From an uncultured Anaerolineales bacterium (GTDB lineage Bacteria; Chloroflexota; Anaerolineae; Anaerolineales; E44-bin32): a DNA stretch of 40,695 bases. Both the position numbers and the translations under genes were made by a program. The notes under the pieces are model-generated. The model made no database searches and was not told where the DNA came from. It saw only the letters and a program-made list of their open reading frames with translations. Where the stretch lies: contig CBDTTY010000002.1 in assembly GCA_965363875.1 (NCBI GenBank), positions 1 to 40,695 of the forward strand, written 5' to 3'. Positions 17,930 through 28,300 of this stretch are shown here, in pieces (position 1 is the first letter of the stretch; every line of letters starts with the position of its first letter).

Positions 17930-19126
17930 TTACGGCTTTTTCGATTTCGGCTTCGATTGTTTTGTTTTCTTTCCCTTCGATGGACCGGTTTTCGAATGCC
18001 TGGTAAGTAAGCGGTTTATCTCTTTCTCCTCATCGATTTGAGAGGAAAGGTAGTCATCGATAAAACCGGATCTGCGCAGCCGCAGTGCCATCTTGGCGAT
18101 TTTCTCCACATCAGCTGCTTCAGCTTTTTCCCGTCCGTCTGCCACTGCGTGAGCTCGAGCCGCTTCAAAGAGCGTGATCTCGGCTCGAAGCGAATGGATT
18201 CCCATACCATCGATTAGATGAAGCCCGAAGTCTTGCGCCTCTTTTGTAAGTTTAACATTTAGAAGAGCGGCCCTTGCCGATTGAAGCTCATCACGGACCT
18301 GCATTATGACCTCTTCGTATTCAGCGATCACCTGACGGGGATTGCTGCGATGAGCGATGGATCGGCGATACGCCTCTAAGCGCTGCTCGGGATCATCTAA
18401 ACCGCGTACAACCAGGCGTAAGCCGAAACGATCGAGGATCTGTGGGCGTAAACGACCTTCTTCTGGATTCATCGACCCAATTAAGACAAACCGGGCGCGG
18501 TAGGTGGCACTGAGTGTTCCGCGATAGAGTGTGTATATTCCCTGCGCAGAAGCGTCGAGGACGGCGTTAACAATATCGTCATCAAGCAAATTTACTTCGT
18601 CAACATATAGGATATTATTATCCGCTCGAGCGAGAATTCCGCGGTTTAGACGCAGTCGTTTTTGGACAGCTGCACGTTCATCGATTCCGCCAACAACATC
18701 ATCAAGTCGTGCGTTTAAAGGGAGCTCTATTAACCGAACGCGATCCTTATACGTGAGTGGATCACCCTCGGCATAGCGTCGAGCGCAATCCGCGCATACC
18801 TCGTCCATACCGCCCGAAGTGACATCTTCAGGAAGGCAACCGTATGGGCAACGACTCCTGGAGACCTCAGGGAGTAAGTCTGACAGGCTCCTGACCGCGG
18901 TTGTCTTCCCAGTCCCACGAGGGCCGACAAGCAACACCCCACCAATATTGGGATTAATTAACGCCAACATCAACGCTAATTTCATCTCTTGTTGGGCAAC
19001 AATTGCCAGGAAGGGGAAGGGAAGGTGTTCCGCCAGACCCATATCTTCTGGCGGTGGAGTCTCAAGGAATCGTTTCGCGCCTGCTTGAGCCAGAAGGTCG
19101 GTGAGGGTTTCAATCTTCCTTGTCAA
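17930..19126 (-). CDS. ChlI/BchI-like (Mg-chelatase subunit I family) AAA+ ATPase with Lys-rich tail
   Basis: FPFLAIVAQQEMKLALMLALINPNIGGVLLVGPRGTGKTT (Walker A), LYVDEVNLLDD (Walker B), MNPEEGRLRPQILDRFGL, a Cys cluster CPYGC...CADC and the C-terminal tail KGKKTKQSKPKSKKP. The TTG start overlaps the upstream stop (TTGA). Confidence 0.8.
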   Translation of the reverse strand: MTRKIETLTDLLAQAGAKRFLETPPPEDMGLAEHLPFPFLAIVAQQEMKLALMLALINPNIGGVLLVGPRGTGKTTAVRSLSDLLPEVSRSRCPYGCLPEDVTSGGMDEVCADCARRYAEGDPLTYKDRVRLIELPLNARLDDVVGGIDERAAVQKRLRLNRGILARADNNILYVDEVNLLDDDIVNAVLDASAQGIYTLYRGTLSATYRARFVLIGSMNPEEGRLRPQILDRFGLRLVVRGLDDPEQRLEAYRRSIAHRSNPRQVIAEYEEVIMQVRDELQSARAALLNVKLTKEAQDFGLHLIDGMGIHSLRAEITLFEAARAHAVADGREKAEAADVEKIAKMALRLRRSGFIDDYLSSQIDEEKEINRLLTRHSKTGPSKGKKTKQSKPKSKKP

Positions 19127-19632
19127 AACTGCTGCTCCTCGGAGCTCTTCCGTTGAGAAAGCCGATATGTCTGCCGTTTCTCACCATCAGACATTCGCTT
19201 TTTTTCAGTGTCGGATTCGGCGATAAGCTTGGGAACCGGGGTAGGATGCCCCTGCTCATCCAGGGCGACGTAAACCAGGTAGGCTGTGTTGGTATAAGTT
19301 CTCTCTCCAGTAATGGGATTTTCAGCGAGGACCTGAACTCTGGTTTCCATGGATGTCTTCCCTACGTACGTCACCTCCGCATGCAGGATCACTAGGTCGC
19401 CGATTCGGATTGGTTTATGAAATGCCATCTGATCGATGGCGATGGTAACGACACGGCATTGTGCATGGCGCATGGCTGAGAGCGCACCGGCTTCATCGAC
19501 GAGCTTCATAATCCAACCGCCGTGCACATCACCGCGAAGATTAGCCTGGATCGGAAGCATCAATTGGCTTAGTGTTACTCGTGAGGATTGAACCGTTTTT
19601 GAATCAAGAGGAGATTTCAATGGGTCGGTCAA
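19123..19632 (-). CDS. hotdog-fold acyl-CoA thioesterase (YciA-like)
   Basis: LMLPIQANLRGDVHGGWIMKLVDEAGALSA...IAIDQMAFHKPIRIGDLVILHAEVTYVGKTSMETRVQV. The TTG start overlaps the upstream stop (TTGA). Confidence 0.8.
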   Translation of the reverse strand: MTDPLKSPLDSKTVQSSRVTLSQLMLPIQANLRGDVHGGWIMKLVDEAGALSAMRHAQCRVVTIAIDQMAFHKPIRIGDLVILHAEVTYVGKTSMETRVQVLAENPITGERTYTNTAYLVYVALDEQGHPTPVPKLIAESDTEKKRMSDGEKRQTYRLSQRKSSEEQQF

Positions 19633-20012
19633 TCCATATCTTCCTTGAATTCGCCGGTGTCCGTTGTGTGAAGGCGTTCAGGTTCTTCATCGAGCACATC
19701 GATGATTTCAAAGGGAAGTTCGGCCATCATCGGGGGTAAGGGGACGGTAGCGGGTGGTCGGACCCGGCCGGGGTGAGGGGGGACTTCACGCCGAAGGAGA
19801 TCTCCTTCGAGGATGCGCCTTCTAAGGATCCGAGGCTCATCAGATAGCCAGCCAACAAAGACACCATCCACATCGAATACGTTGCGATCGGAAGACATCC
19901 ATCCGATCCACTCACCAACAGGGTCGAAAATGTAGGGGAAAACGAGCAATGCAGACCAGTCCCCCGGGGTTGTATAAATGGGTATGGGTTTCTTCTTGGC
20001 TTCAGTTGCCAT
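19629..20012 (-). CDS. hypothetical protein, N-terminus resembles 4-fold beta-flower repeat proteins, Pro-rich and acidic C-terminus
   Basis: I prefer the ATG at 20012 (MATEAKKKPIPIYT) with GGAG 6 nt upstream; the track ORF starts at a TTG at 20099. Short repeats of the type GEWIGWMSSDRNVFDVDGVFVGWLSD are followed by VPPHPGRVRPPATVPLPP. Confidence 0.5.
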   Translation of the reverse strand: MATEAKKKPIPIYTTPGDWSALLVFPYIFDPVGEWIGWMSSDRNVFDVDGVFVGWLSDEPRILRRRILEGDLLRREVPPHPGRVRPPATVPLPPMMAELPFEIIDVLDEEPERLHTTDTGEFKEDMD

Positions 20013-20180
20013 CAAATTCTCCAGCTTTGTATGTGCACTTTCCATACCAGTTATATATGGGTGACGAAGATAGAATGTGCGATCGTGCGTGACCCTCAAA
20101 ATCTATTGGATAGGGAACCACCTTCACTACTGATTATACACACCGGGAAAAATCTCTTCAGCGCTGTGGACGTAAAAGGT

Positions 20181-20678
20181 TTATTCAGCGTCGGAGTATG
20201 TCCAGATGCGGTTAATAAAGAAGTTCCAAAAAAGAACGACAATCACGGCCAGGGCTAAAGCGAGGTTGCGGCCAAGAACTGTCGCATTGAGGTATCCGAG
20301 AGAAGCAAGACTCTCCGGCAGGATCGATTGGGAAAGTTGGATGAGGATCTCTGAAAGACGGATCATGGGTGCTTCTGAGAAGGCAAAGATGGGGGTTCGG
20401 ATGACGAGGCCGACCAGGTTGACCAAGGTGAATTGGATGATCTGTTGGGTGACCGGCTTTGATCTCGAATCGGGGTAAGTCCAGTAGCGATTCCAGAGAA
20501 AGTTGCTGGTGACGGCAGCAGAGAATGAAATAACACTGGATACAACACTGCCGATCCCGAGCACATTGGCAAGCAGGTTAAAGATTCCAAAATCTACAAC
20601 CGCACCTATGATGCCAACGACAGAGAATTTAAGGAAGCGGTTGATTTCACGCCGTGTGCGTGGTGAGACCCCCCTCAT
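20181..20678 (-). CDS. GtrA-family membrane protein
   Basis: 165 aa with four hydrophobic segments. [22 protein letters not shown] and [10 protein letters not shown] are typical of GtrA. The start overlaps the upstream stop by 4 nt. Confidence 0.8.
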   Translation of the reverse strand: MRGVSPRTRREINRFLKFSVVGIIGAVVDFGIFNLLANVLGIGSVVSSVISFSAAVTSNFLWNRYWTYPDSRSKPVTQQIIQFTLVNLVGLVIRTPIFAFSEAPMIRLSEILIQLSQSILPESLASLGYLNATVLGRNLALALAVIVVLFWNFFINRIWTYSDAE

Positions 20679-21625
20679 AGACGTTTCTCGAAATCCTCGA
20701 TTGTGAGCTTAAGGCCCGTCTCAAGATCGACTTTAGGTTCCCAGTTCAAAATTGTCTTGGCACGGGTGATATCCGGTTGGCGTTGTTGAGGATCGGAGGG
20801 AGCGCGCCCATCAGGAACTTTTCGAATGCCGGCTTTGTTGCCGACGATGCGATTGATTTCTTCAGCGAGTACGAGAATCGACATCTCCTGCGGGTTTCCC
20901 AGGTTGACAGGGAAATTCTCTTCCGATTGCAGTAGAAGGTAAAGGCCTTCAACAAGATCGTCGATGTAGCAGAAGCTGCGGGTCTGTGAGCCATCACCGT
21001 AGATGGTGAGCGGTTTACCCTTGAGCGCCTGAACGATGAAATTAGGGATTGCTCGTCCGTCATCCAATCGCATCCTGGGTCCAAAGGTGTTGAAGATGCG
21101 CGCGATGTGAGTTTCGAGATCATGGTATCGGTGGTAAGCCATCGTGATCGATTCTGCAAAGCGCTTTGCTTCGTCGTAAACCGATCGTGGCCCGACGATA
21201 TCTACGTGCCCCCAATAGCTCTCCTTCTGCGGGTGCTCCTGGGGGTCTCCGTATATCTCAGATGTTGAAGCGAGCAGGAAGGTGGCACCATGAACACGGG
21301 CGACGCCAAGCGCATTGTGCGTTCCCAGGGACCCGACTTTGAGAGTCTGAATAGGCAATTGCGGATAGCCATAAGGAGAAGTGGGATTCGGACTCGCAGG
21401 AGAAGCCAGGTGCATAACAGCATCGATTTTTCCTGGAACGAAGATGAAGTTAGATACATCGTATTTAACAAATGAGAAATCATCTCGCCCAGCGAGATGG
21501 CTGATATTATCGATGTCCCCTGTAATGAGGTTGTCAACAACGACAACTTCATGACTCTCCTTCAACAGACGGTCGCAGAGGTGAGATCCGACGAAGCCTG
21601 CACCCCCAGTAATTAGAATTCTCAA
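20675..21625 (-). CDS. UDP-glucuronate decarboxylase / UDP-xylose synthase (SDR family)
   Basis: [33 protein letters not shown] and the C-terminal [13 protein letters not shown] pattern. Confidence 0.85.
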   Translation of the reverse strand: MRILITGGAGFVGSHLCDRLLKESHEVVVVDNLITGDIDNISHLAGRDDFSFVKYDVSNFIFVPGKIDAVMHLASPASPNPTSPYGYPQLPIQTLKVGSLGTHNALGVARVHGATFLLASTSEIYGDPQEHPQKESYWGHVDIVGPRSVYDEAKRFAESITMAYHRYHDLETHIARIFNTFGPRMRLDDGRAIPNFIVQALKGKPLTIYGDGSQTRSFCYIDDLVEGLYLLLQSEENFPVNLGNPQEMSILVLAEEINRIVGNKAGIRKVPDGRAPSDPQQRQPDITRAKTILNWEPKVDLETGLKLTIEDFEKRL

Positions 21626-21683
21626 AGCCGCCTCCTTGCATGATTTAGGGTAGACATTTGTATCGGTTCAGAATAATGAGCCA

Positions 21684-23282
21684 CTAGGGAGCCCAATCCA
21701 TGATCTGCGTTTGACCATCAGCGGTCAGCTGCTGGCCAATCCCGGTATCGACATCAACAATCCAGAGATCTCCTCGATAGATTACAGCAATTCGATCCCC
21801 GCCGGGTGACCAAACCGGACCGGGAAGAGATGGTTCCAGTCCGGGATCGCCGGACGGCGGGAACAAGTAGCGTAAATTGCTGCCGTCGCGATCCATAACC
21901 GCTACACGGTAGGTGCTGTCCTGACTCTCTAGCGGCGTGATGGCCTGCAGGAAAGCTACGCGGTACGAGATCTCGGCGGTGTGTGTACTAAGAATCTCAG
22001 AAACAGTTGGGTAAGCAAACATCCCGGTTCGCTCCGCAAGTGTAAGCTTCAGATTGCTCCCCATTGTGCGAGCTTCGATATTAAAAACGGGAGATGCCTG
22101 GGGGCTCTCGAGACCAATAGGCTCATCATGAGCTACAAAATAAATCGTCTGATTGTCCCGTCCCCAAACGAGTCCGGGAACCCAAGCCCAGTCCCCAAGA
22201 GTTTGAAAAGGGATGATCTCTTGCAGTGTGATGAGCTCGTTTTTATCGAGGTCTACAAGACCATAACTGTCTGCGCGAACATATGCCAGGTGGTCGCTGT
22301 CGTATCCCCAGACATAGTTCGTCCCCCACCAGCCGTACTGACCTCCGGCGTTGGCTTCAATAATTGTGCGGGGTCGGAGGGCACGACCTGCGCCTGTGAA
22401 GGTGATCGTCACCAAGTCATTATTAGCTTGCCAGCCGGGCGAGGCGATGCTGGATTCGGATGTTGAATAGGTAATCGTAAAAGAAGGTTTCTGAGGAACC
22501 CAGTCTGCGAAATGGATTATGTTGCGGACGCCCAGATCGAGCATTTCAAACTCAGAGTCAACCATTGATGCGACCCAGAGTCCGTTAATCGTATCCTCCT
22601 CCTCGGGGGTTTCGCGGGTAAAGAGCACCCATTGACCATCGGGGGAAATCTTAAGGATACGTCCATCCAGATCACCGGAAACGACAAGCGGGCGCCGGCT
22701 GCCACTGCTGCCTTCGATGACCCATAGATTCCCGCTTGTGATGTACACAAGGCTGCCATCAATCGTGACTGGCGAATGTGTGCTTTGAGTGCCGATCATG
22801 ATAATCTCAGGTACGGGTTCGGCAATAATGACATTCTTGACCGGGGCTCTGGAGATTTCTATATCTGCCTCGATTAATATCCGATATGTGATTTCTTGTA
22901 AGCCGTTCTGGCCTGGCTGTAAAAGACGTGTCTCACCTTCGGGCAAGGCTTCATTGCGGACAGTTTGACGATCGAAGGGGATTATTATTTCCTCGATCTC
23001 GAAACTCTCAAGCACTCGTGTGATCTCGATCTCAGTGCCAGCGGATAGGACTGTATACCCCGGAGGGTTTACTCGATCCAAGGAACCAAGGATCACGCCA
23101 GCGGAGTCAAGTGCTTGCTGAACACTGGCACCAGAAGGCACTTCAACCGTTTCGATAGAATCATCCACGTGTAGGAGAACTTGAATCATTCCTGCGGTTG
23201 CCTGCGGCCGAGCGCAAGAACTCAGGATCAAGATGAGTGACGTGATGAGGATGTAGAATTGGTTACGCAGTGTTTGGCTCAT
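21684..23282 (-). CDS. lipoprotein with DUF348-like + G5 domains and a PD40/TolB-like beta-propeller
   Basis: Lipobox LILSSC. DUF348-like VEVPSGASVQQALDSAGVILGSLDRVNPPGYTVLSAGTEIEITRV. G5-like IIPFDRQTVRNEALPEGETRLLQPGQNGLQEITYRI...IIMIGT. PD40-like SPDGQWVLF and WSPGGDRIAVIYRGDLWIVD. Confidence 0.7.
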   Translation of the reverse strand: MSQTLRNQFYILITSLILILSSCARPQATAGMIQVLLHVDDSIETVEVPSGASVQQALDSAGVILGSLDRVNPPGYTVLSAGTEIEITRVLESFEIEEIIIPFDRQTVRNEALPEGETRLLQPGQNGLQEITYRILIEADIEISRAPVKNVIIAEPVPEIIMIGTQSTHSPVTIDGSLVYITSGNLWVIEGSSGSRRPLVVSGDLDGRILKISPDGQWVLFTRETPEEEDTINGLWVASMVDSEFEMLDLGVRNIIHFADWVPQKPSFTITYSTSESSIASPGWQANNDLVTITFTGAGRALRPRTIIEANAGGQYGWWGTNYVWGYDSDHLAYVRADSYGLVDLDKNELITLQEIIPFQTLGDWAWVPGLVWGRDNQTIYFVAHDEPIGLESPQASPVFNIEARTMGSNLKLTLAERTGMFAYPTVSEILSTHTAEISYRVAFLQAITPLESQDSTYRVAVMDRDGSNLRYLFPPSGDPGLEPSLPGPVWSPGGDRIAVIYRGDLWIVDVDTGIGQQLTADGQTQIMDWAP

Positions 23283-23324
23283 TGTCGTTGAAAAAGGCGG
23301 CTGGTATAATCGTCTTCCGCCAGC

Positions 23325-23918
23325 CTAACGGAGTTCACCAACGATCGCAAGTTGTCCGTCGTTGATCACGAGAGATGAAATACGTATCCCGGTAGCGAAC
23401 GAGCCTAAGCTTCCAGTGAAAGCCTCTGTAAGAATGGCGGAAATCGTGTTTTTGACCGCTTCCGGAGCGGGAATCGGACCAACGGAAGCTGAAGTAAGTT
23501 CGAATGAGATTCTACCCTCTTGATCGATTATTGGCGATATTGAGAGGTGGATGTTTGCCCGGATAATCCCTTGGATAACGTACCCGTAGACTTGGATGGC
23601 GTCCTGTCTTAGAAAAACCTGCGGTTCATGTAGGAGAGAATCTTCTGCGGCAAGCCTCATGGCGACAAAGGTATTGAGCTGGTTTTCATCGAGAACGAGC
23701 ATGACCTCGCCAGAGTCGAGCGCACTCTCTAAGGCAGATTGCCACAAATCCGTAACATCATCAGCAGCCTGATCGTCGGCAGTGATGAGTGGATAAGGCG
23801 CTTCTGGCCCCCCTATATCTATCTGGCAGGCGAGAGTAGCCAGAAACAAGCTGGCCAGAATGGAAGCAAGCGCGAATGTGCGATAGGTAAGTTTTTGTGA
23901 GTGATTCAAGTCATTCAT
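23325..23918 (-). CDS. secreted or membrane-anchored hypothetical protein
   Basis: 197 aa with an N-terminal hydrophobic segment ALASILASLFLATLAC and no recognised catalytic motif. Its 5' end overlaps the scpB 5' end by 22 nt on the opposite strand. Confidence 0.5.
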   Translation of the reverse strand: MNDLNHSQKLTYRTFALASILASLFLATLACQIDIGGPEAPYPLITADDQAADDVTDLWQSALESALDSGEVMLVLDENQLNTFVAMRLAAEDSLLHEPQVFLRQDAIQVYGYVIQGIIRANIHLSISPIIDQEGRISFELTSASVGPIPAPEAVKNTISAILTEAFTGSLGSFATGIRISSLVINDGQLAIVGELR

Positions 23919-24550
23919 CCTCGGATGCGGAAATCGCGGCCGATTATAGCACGCTGGAGACAGAAGCGAACCCGAAGGGTTCTGCCCTCGACCTTAACGC
24001 GAGGATCGAGGCGCTGCTTTTTGTATCCCCAGAATTGATCTCGATCCCTCAGATCGCGAATGCATTAAATTCTTCCGTGCGTGAGGTTGAAAAGTCGCTG
24101 GAAGAACTCGACAGGCTATTCGCCAATCGGGGAATTCGCCTTCAACGTGTATCCCGAAGCGTTCAGCTTATCACCGCTCCGGAAATATCAGCAGATGTCC
24201 AACGATTTCTTGACTTGGAAGAAACCTCGCGGTTGAGTCGCGCGGCATTAGAAGTCCTGGCGATTGTCGCTTATCAGGAACCTGTCACCCGACCGCAAAT
24301 TGACGCTGTAAGAGGGGTTAACTCCGACAGCGTAATGAGGACGCTTCTGAGGCATGGGTTAATTGACGAGGTTGGAAGGACAGATGGCCCAGGGCGGCCG
24401 TTTATCTATGCTACAACCTCTGATTTTCTCAACCATTTCGGTCTAACCTCAATAGAAGAGCTCCCTCCACTTAATCTCGAAAGTGAGATGGACGAGTTGG
24501 GTACGAATGGAACATCCCTTGCTGACACTGAGGAGGACGCAGGTGGGTGA
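23897..24550 (+). CDS. scpB: segregation and condensation protein B
   Basis: IEALLFVSPELISIPQIA..., LSRAALEVLAIVAYQEPVTRPQIDAVRGVNSDSVMRTLLRHGLIDEVGRTDGPGRPFIYATTSDFLNHFGL. The GTG at 23897 is the only canonical start in frame. Confidence 0.85.
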   Translation: MSDSSHSSSDAEIAADYSTLETEANPKGSALDLNARIEALLFVSPELISIPQIANALNSSVREVEKSLEELDRLFANRGIRLQRVSRSVQLITAPEISADVQRFLDLEETSRLSRAALEVLAIVAYQEPVTRPQIDAVRGVNSDSVMRTLLRHGLIDEVGRTDGPGRPFIYATTSDFLNHFGLTSIEELPPLNLESEMDELGTNGTSLADTEEDAGG

Positions 24551-25262
24551 TGGTATTCGTCTACAAAAGGTTATAGCCCAAGCGGGCGTGGCCTCCCGTA
24601 GAAAGTCTGATGAGTTAATCAGGGATGGCCGGGTGACCGTGAATGGCAGCAAAGCTACTCTCGGCATGAGGGTTAACCCTGGTGAAGTTGAGATTCGAGT
24701 TGATGGCGAAATAATCCAACTGCAAACAGGTTTTTTGTATATCTTGCTAAACAAACCGCGAGGCGTTCTTTCTAGTCTTCGATCACAAGGTGGGCGCGCA
24801 ACTGTGAGCGATTTAATTCAAATTGATCGGCGCATATTCCCAGTCGGCCGGCTCGATCTCGAAAGCGAGGGATTGATTTTGATGACCGATGACGGAGAGC
24901 TCACGAATCGGTTAACACATCCCCGCTATCAACACGAGAAGGAATATCGGGTCCTCCTAAATAGGAAACCAGACCAGGCGCAAATTAATTCCTGGAGACG
25001 GGGAGTTGTATTGGAGGACGGTTTTCGAACGCGTCCAGCAGAGGTGTGGGTTGAAAATACGAAGGAGCCCTGGGCGCATGTGATCCTCACCGAAGGTCAC
25101 AAGCGGCAGATTCGCGAGACTGCAAAAAGCCTTGGTTTGAGAGTTAAGAGATTAGTAAGAATCCGGTTTGCAGATCTGGAAATTGGCGATCTCAAACCGG
25201 GAGAGTGGAGGGAATTGAAGGGGGAAGAAGTCAAGCAGCTGTACCGACTCGTCAATTCCTGA
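24543..25262 (+). CDS. rluB: rRNA pseudouridine synthase (RsuA/RluB family, S4 domain N-terminal)
   Basis: IRLQKVIAQAGVASRRKSDELIRDGRVTVNG (S4), VGRLDLESEGLILMTDDGELTNRLTHP and GHKRQIR. The GTG at 24543 overlaps the scpB stop; the ATG at 24507 or 24483 is an alternative start. Confidence 0.85.
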   Translation: MGDGIRLQKVIAQAGVASRRKSDELIRDGRVTVNGSKATLGMRVNPGEVEIRVDGEIIQLQTGFLYILLNKPRGVLSSLRSQGGRATVSDLIQIDRRIFPVGRLDLESEGLILMTDDGELTNRLTHPRYQHEKEYRVLLNRKPDQAQINSWRRGVVLEDGFRTRPAEVWVENTKEPWAHVILTEGHKRQIRETAKSLGLRVKRLVRIRFADLEIGDLKPGEWRELKGEEVKQLYRLVNS

Positions 25263-25343
25263 AGCGAAACTAAGTGCATAGAGTAATAAATCTATGTGTC
25301 GAAGAGTTATCGTCTATCGCCCATTTCCGGCGAGGGAGAATCT

Positions 25344-28300
25344 ATGACGGAAGAAGCGATCTCATCCAACGAAGATCAGAGCTGGCTGGACCGTACCCTC
25401 AAGCGAAATCTGAGGATTGATCTTGAAGTAGCTCTGTATATCCTCCTGCTCTGCGTGGCAGTATTTTCGCGATTTTATGATCTCGACACACGGGTAATGA
25501 GCCATGACGAGAGCTTGCATACCCAGTTCTCATGGTATCTGGCGGAGGGGCGTGGATTTTCTCATGATCCACTTATGCACGGCACTTTTCAAATGCACGC
25601 TGTCGCCCTCTCCTATTTTCTTTTCGGCGCTTCCGATGCTGCGGCACGAATTCCTGCCGCGTTATTTGGTGTGATTGCGGTCGGATTAGTTCTATTGTTC
25701 CGTAAGTGGCTCGGGCGCTGGGGGACACTCGCGGCCACGGCGATGATGGTATTTTCTCCCTATATGCTCTACTACGACCGCTACGTCCGCAACGAAGCGT
25801 TCGTTGTTTCAATGGCTCTGTTGATGTTTTACGCGGTTTTTCGCTACTTCGAAAAACGTGAATCGAAATGGCTTTACTTATTAGCCGCCTCACTTGCACT
25901 GCACTTCACAACGAAAGAAACATCATTTATTTACACTGCACAGCTCCTGGTGTTTCTAGGGGGGTTCTTTGCCATGCGTATGCTTCGCATGCCGTGGAAG
26001 CAAGCCTCCCAAAAGATCGGATTTGCTGCCGGTCTTATCATCGCCGCGCTGGGGGGGATCTTGGCAATGGGTACCTTGCTCGGTGGGTGGGCTTCATCAG
26101 GAGAAATCTCAAACGCACTCGAACCGACGATCGAAGGAGCCGCCTCAATGAGTGCAGGTGCTGCGGCCAGCTCACCCCTCGTTGCGGTGGGTATCGTAAT
26201 GGCTGTTTCAGGTTTGATCTTGATGGCAGTTACCTTGGTCCTGGCCTTTGGAAAACGTTTGCGTACAGACTTTCCTGAACTCGATTTGCTGGTCATTGTA
26301 GGCACGATGACACTTCCCCAATTGGCTGCGCTTCCGGCGAATCTCCTGGGATGGGACCCCTTGGACTATACGAGTTCATCCCCCATAAACCAGACAATGA
26401 TAGTTGTGGTCATCCTGTTTCTGATCAGTGCAGCTATCGGCGCGCTATGGGATTGGCGGAGGTGGCTGGTCGCTGCTGGAGTTTTCTTCGGCATTTTCAT
26501 CGTCTTCTACACCACACTTTTTACGAACGACGACGGGCTCGCTTCAGGGCTCGTGGGATCTTTAGGGTATTGGCTTGAACAGCACGGCGTAGAACGCGGA
26601 GGACAGCCCTGGTATTACTATCTTTTCGTTCAGATCCCAATCTATGAATATCTTCCTGCCATTGGCTCGATCATGGCTTTCGTGTATTGGATCCGTTTAC
26701 GACCCGATGATCGCGATCCCGATCCAGGAGGCAGCTCTGGGGGTTCCTTCCCGGTTATTGGCTTCCTCGGATTTATGACGATCACATCACTCATCGGTTA
26801 CTCATTTGCCGGTGAAAAGATGCCTTGGTTGACCGTTCACATAGCCCTGCCAATGATCCTCTTTGGAGGGTGGGGGATAGGCCAGTTCTTGGAAAGGATC
26901 AACTGGCAGAACTTAAGGAACCAACGTAATTGGCTGATCTTACTGCTCACCTTCTTAATGCTAATTGCTATATTGAGCGCATTGGGAGGGGTATTAGGAG
27001 GGAATCCACCGTTCCAGGGGAGTCAACTCGATCAGCTCCGAGCAACAAGCGGTTTCGTCGCTGCGATTGTATTCGCAATTGGCGCCGCAATTGCAATTCG
27101 CCAATTGTCGGACGGTCTCTCCTTGCGGATTATTGCCAGCATAGGGGGCGTATTCCTCTTGGGTATCCTCTTAATTCTCACAATCAGAACTGGATTCCGG
27201 GCAGCATTCGTTAACTACGATGATGCAACCGAATATCTGGTCTATGCCCATTCAGCTACCGGCGTAAAGACGGCTATGGATCAAATCGAGGATCTATCCC
27301 TCCGCACGACGGATGGTTTGGGGATACAAGTGGCCTTTGACGATGATGTCTCTTGGCCTTTGAATTGGTATCTGCGGGATTATTCCAACCAGTATTTCTA
27401 CGGAGCTAATCCAACCAGAGAATTGTTAAACTACCCTGTTGTTCTTGTCGGAGACAATAACTGGCATCTTGTCGAACCCCTTCTAGCAGACCGCTTCAAT
27501 AGTTTTGAATACATCCGCATGTGGTGGCCAAATCAGGATTATTGGAATCTTAAATGGTCTGCGATAGATGCGGAGAGAAGCCGTGACCAAATGCCTGACA
27601 GTGGGCCCTTGCCCCCGATGGGAACTGTTGAATATCTCTCGCTTGTTTGGGAACATATCAAGCCATTCTTCACCGATAGCGCCCTGAGATCGGCGGTCTG
27701 GAAGATCTGGCTCGATCGTGATTTTACGGAGTACGGCACTTGGAAGGGTCAGGACATGAGCCTCGCTCGCTGGACTCCTTCAGATCGTATGCGGTTGTAT
27801 ATTCGCAAGGATATCGCCGCGCAGGTTTGGGATTACGGTGTAACCCCAGCATCCTTTTCCCCACCGACAATTGAGGATCCTTACGCTGACTCCATCATTG
27901 AACTTGGAGCAGATTTGATCATCGGTGGCGAGGGGTTGTCTCCTGGAGAAATGTTCCATCCTCGCGATATGGCGATAGGACCAGATGGAACGCTTTATGT
28001 GGCGGATACGCTTAACCACCGCATCCAGCGATTTAACGCTGATGGAGAGGTCCTGACAACTTGGGGTGGTTTCGGTGATTCCCAAGCGGGAGGGGCGGAA
28101 GAAGGGACATTTAACGAACCGTGGGGCCTTGGCGTCGCTTCGAATGGGAATATTTACGTTGCTGATACCTGGAATCATCGAATTCAGTGGTTCTCGCCTG
28201 ACGGTGTCTTCTTAGGGGCGTTTGGACAGGAGGGACTGGGGGATGATCCTTACTCGTTCTGGGGGCCCCGTGATGTCGCCATTGATAGTCAGGGTAGAGT

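Noticed and set aside
17930-19126. Reading the ChlI/BchI-like gene as evidence for (bacterio)chlorophyll biosynthesis.
   Set aside because: No bchD/bchH or other pigment genes are in the window. This ATPase family is also found in non-phototrophs, so no phototrophy claim is made.
25296-25343. GTG start at 25296 for the GT-C/NHL protein.
   Set aside because: It has no RBS. The ATG at 25344 is preceded by GAGGGAGA, and the extra 16 residues are not hydrophobic or signal-like.
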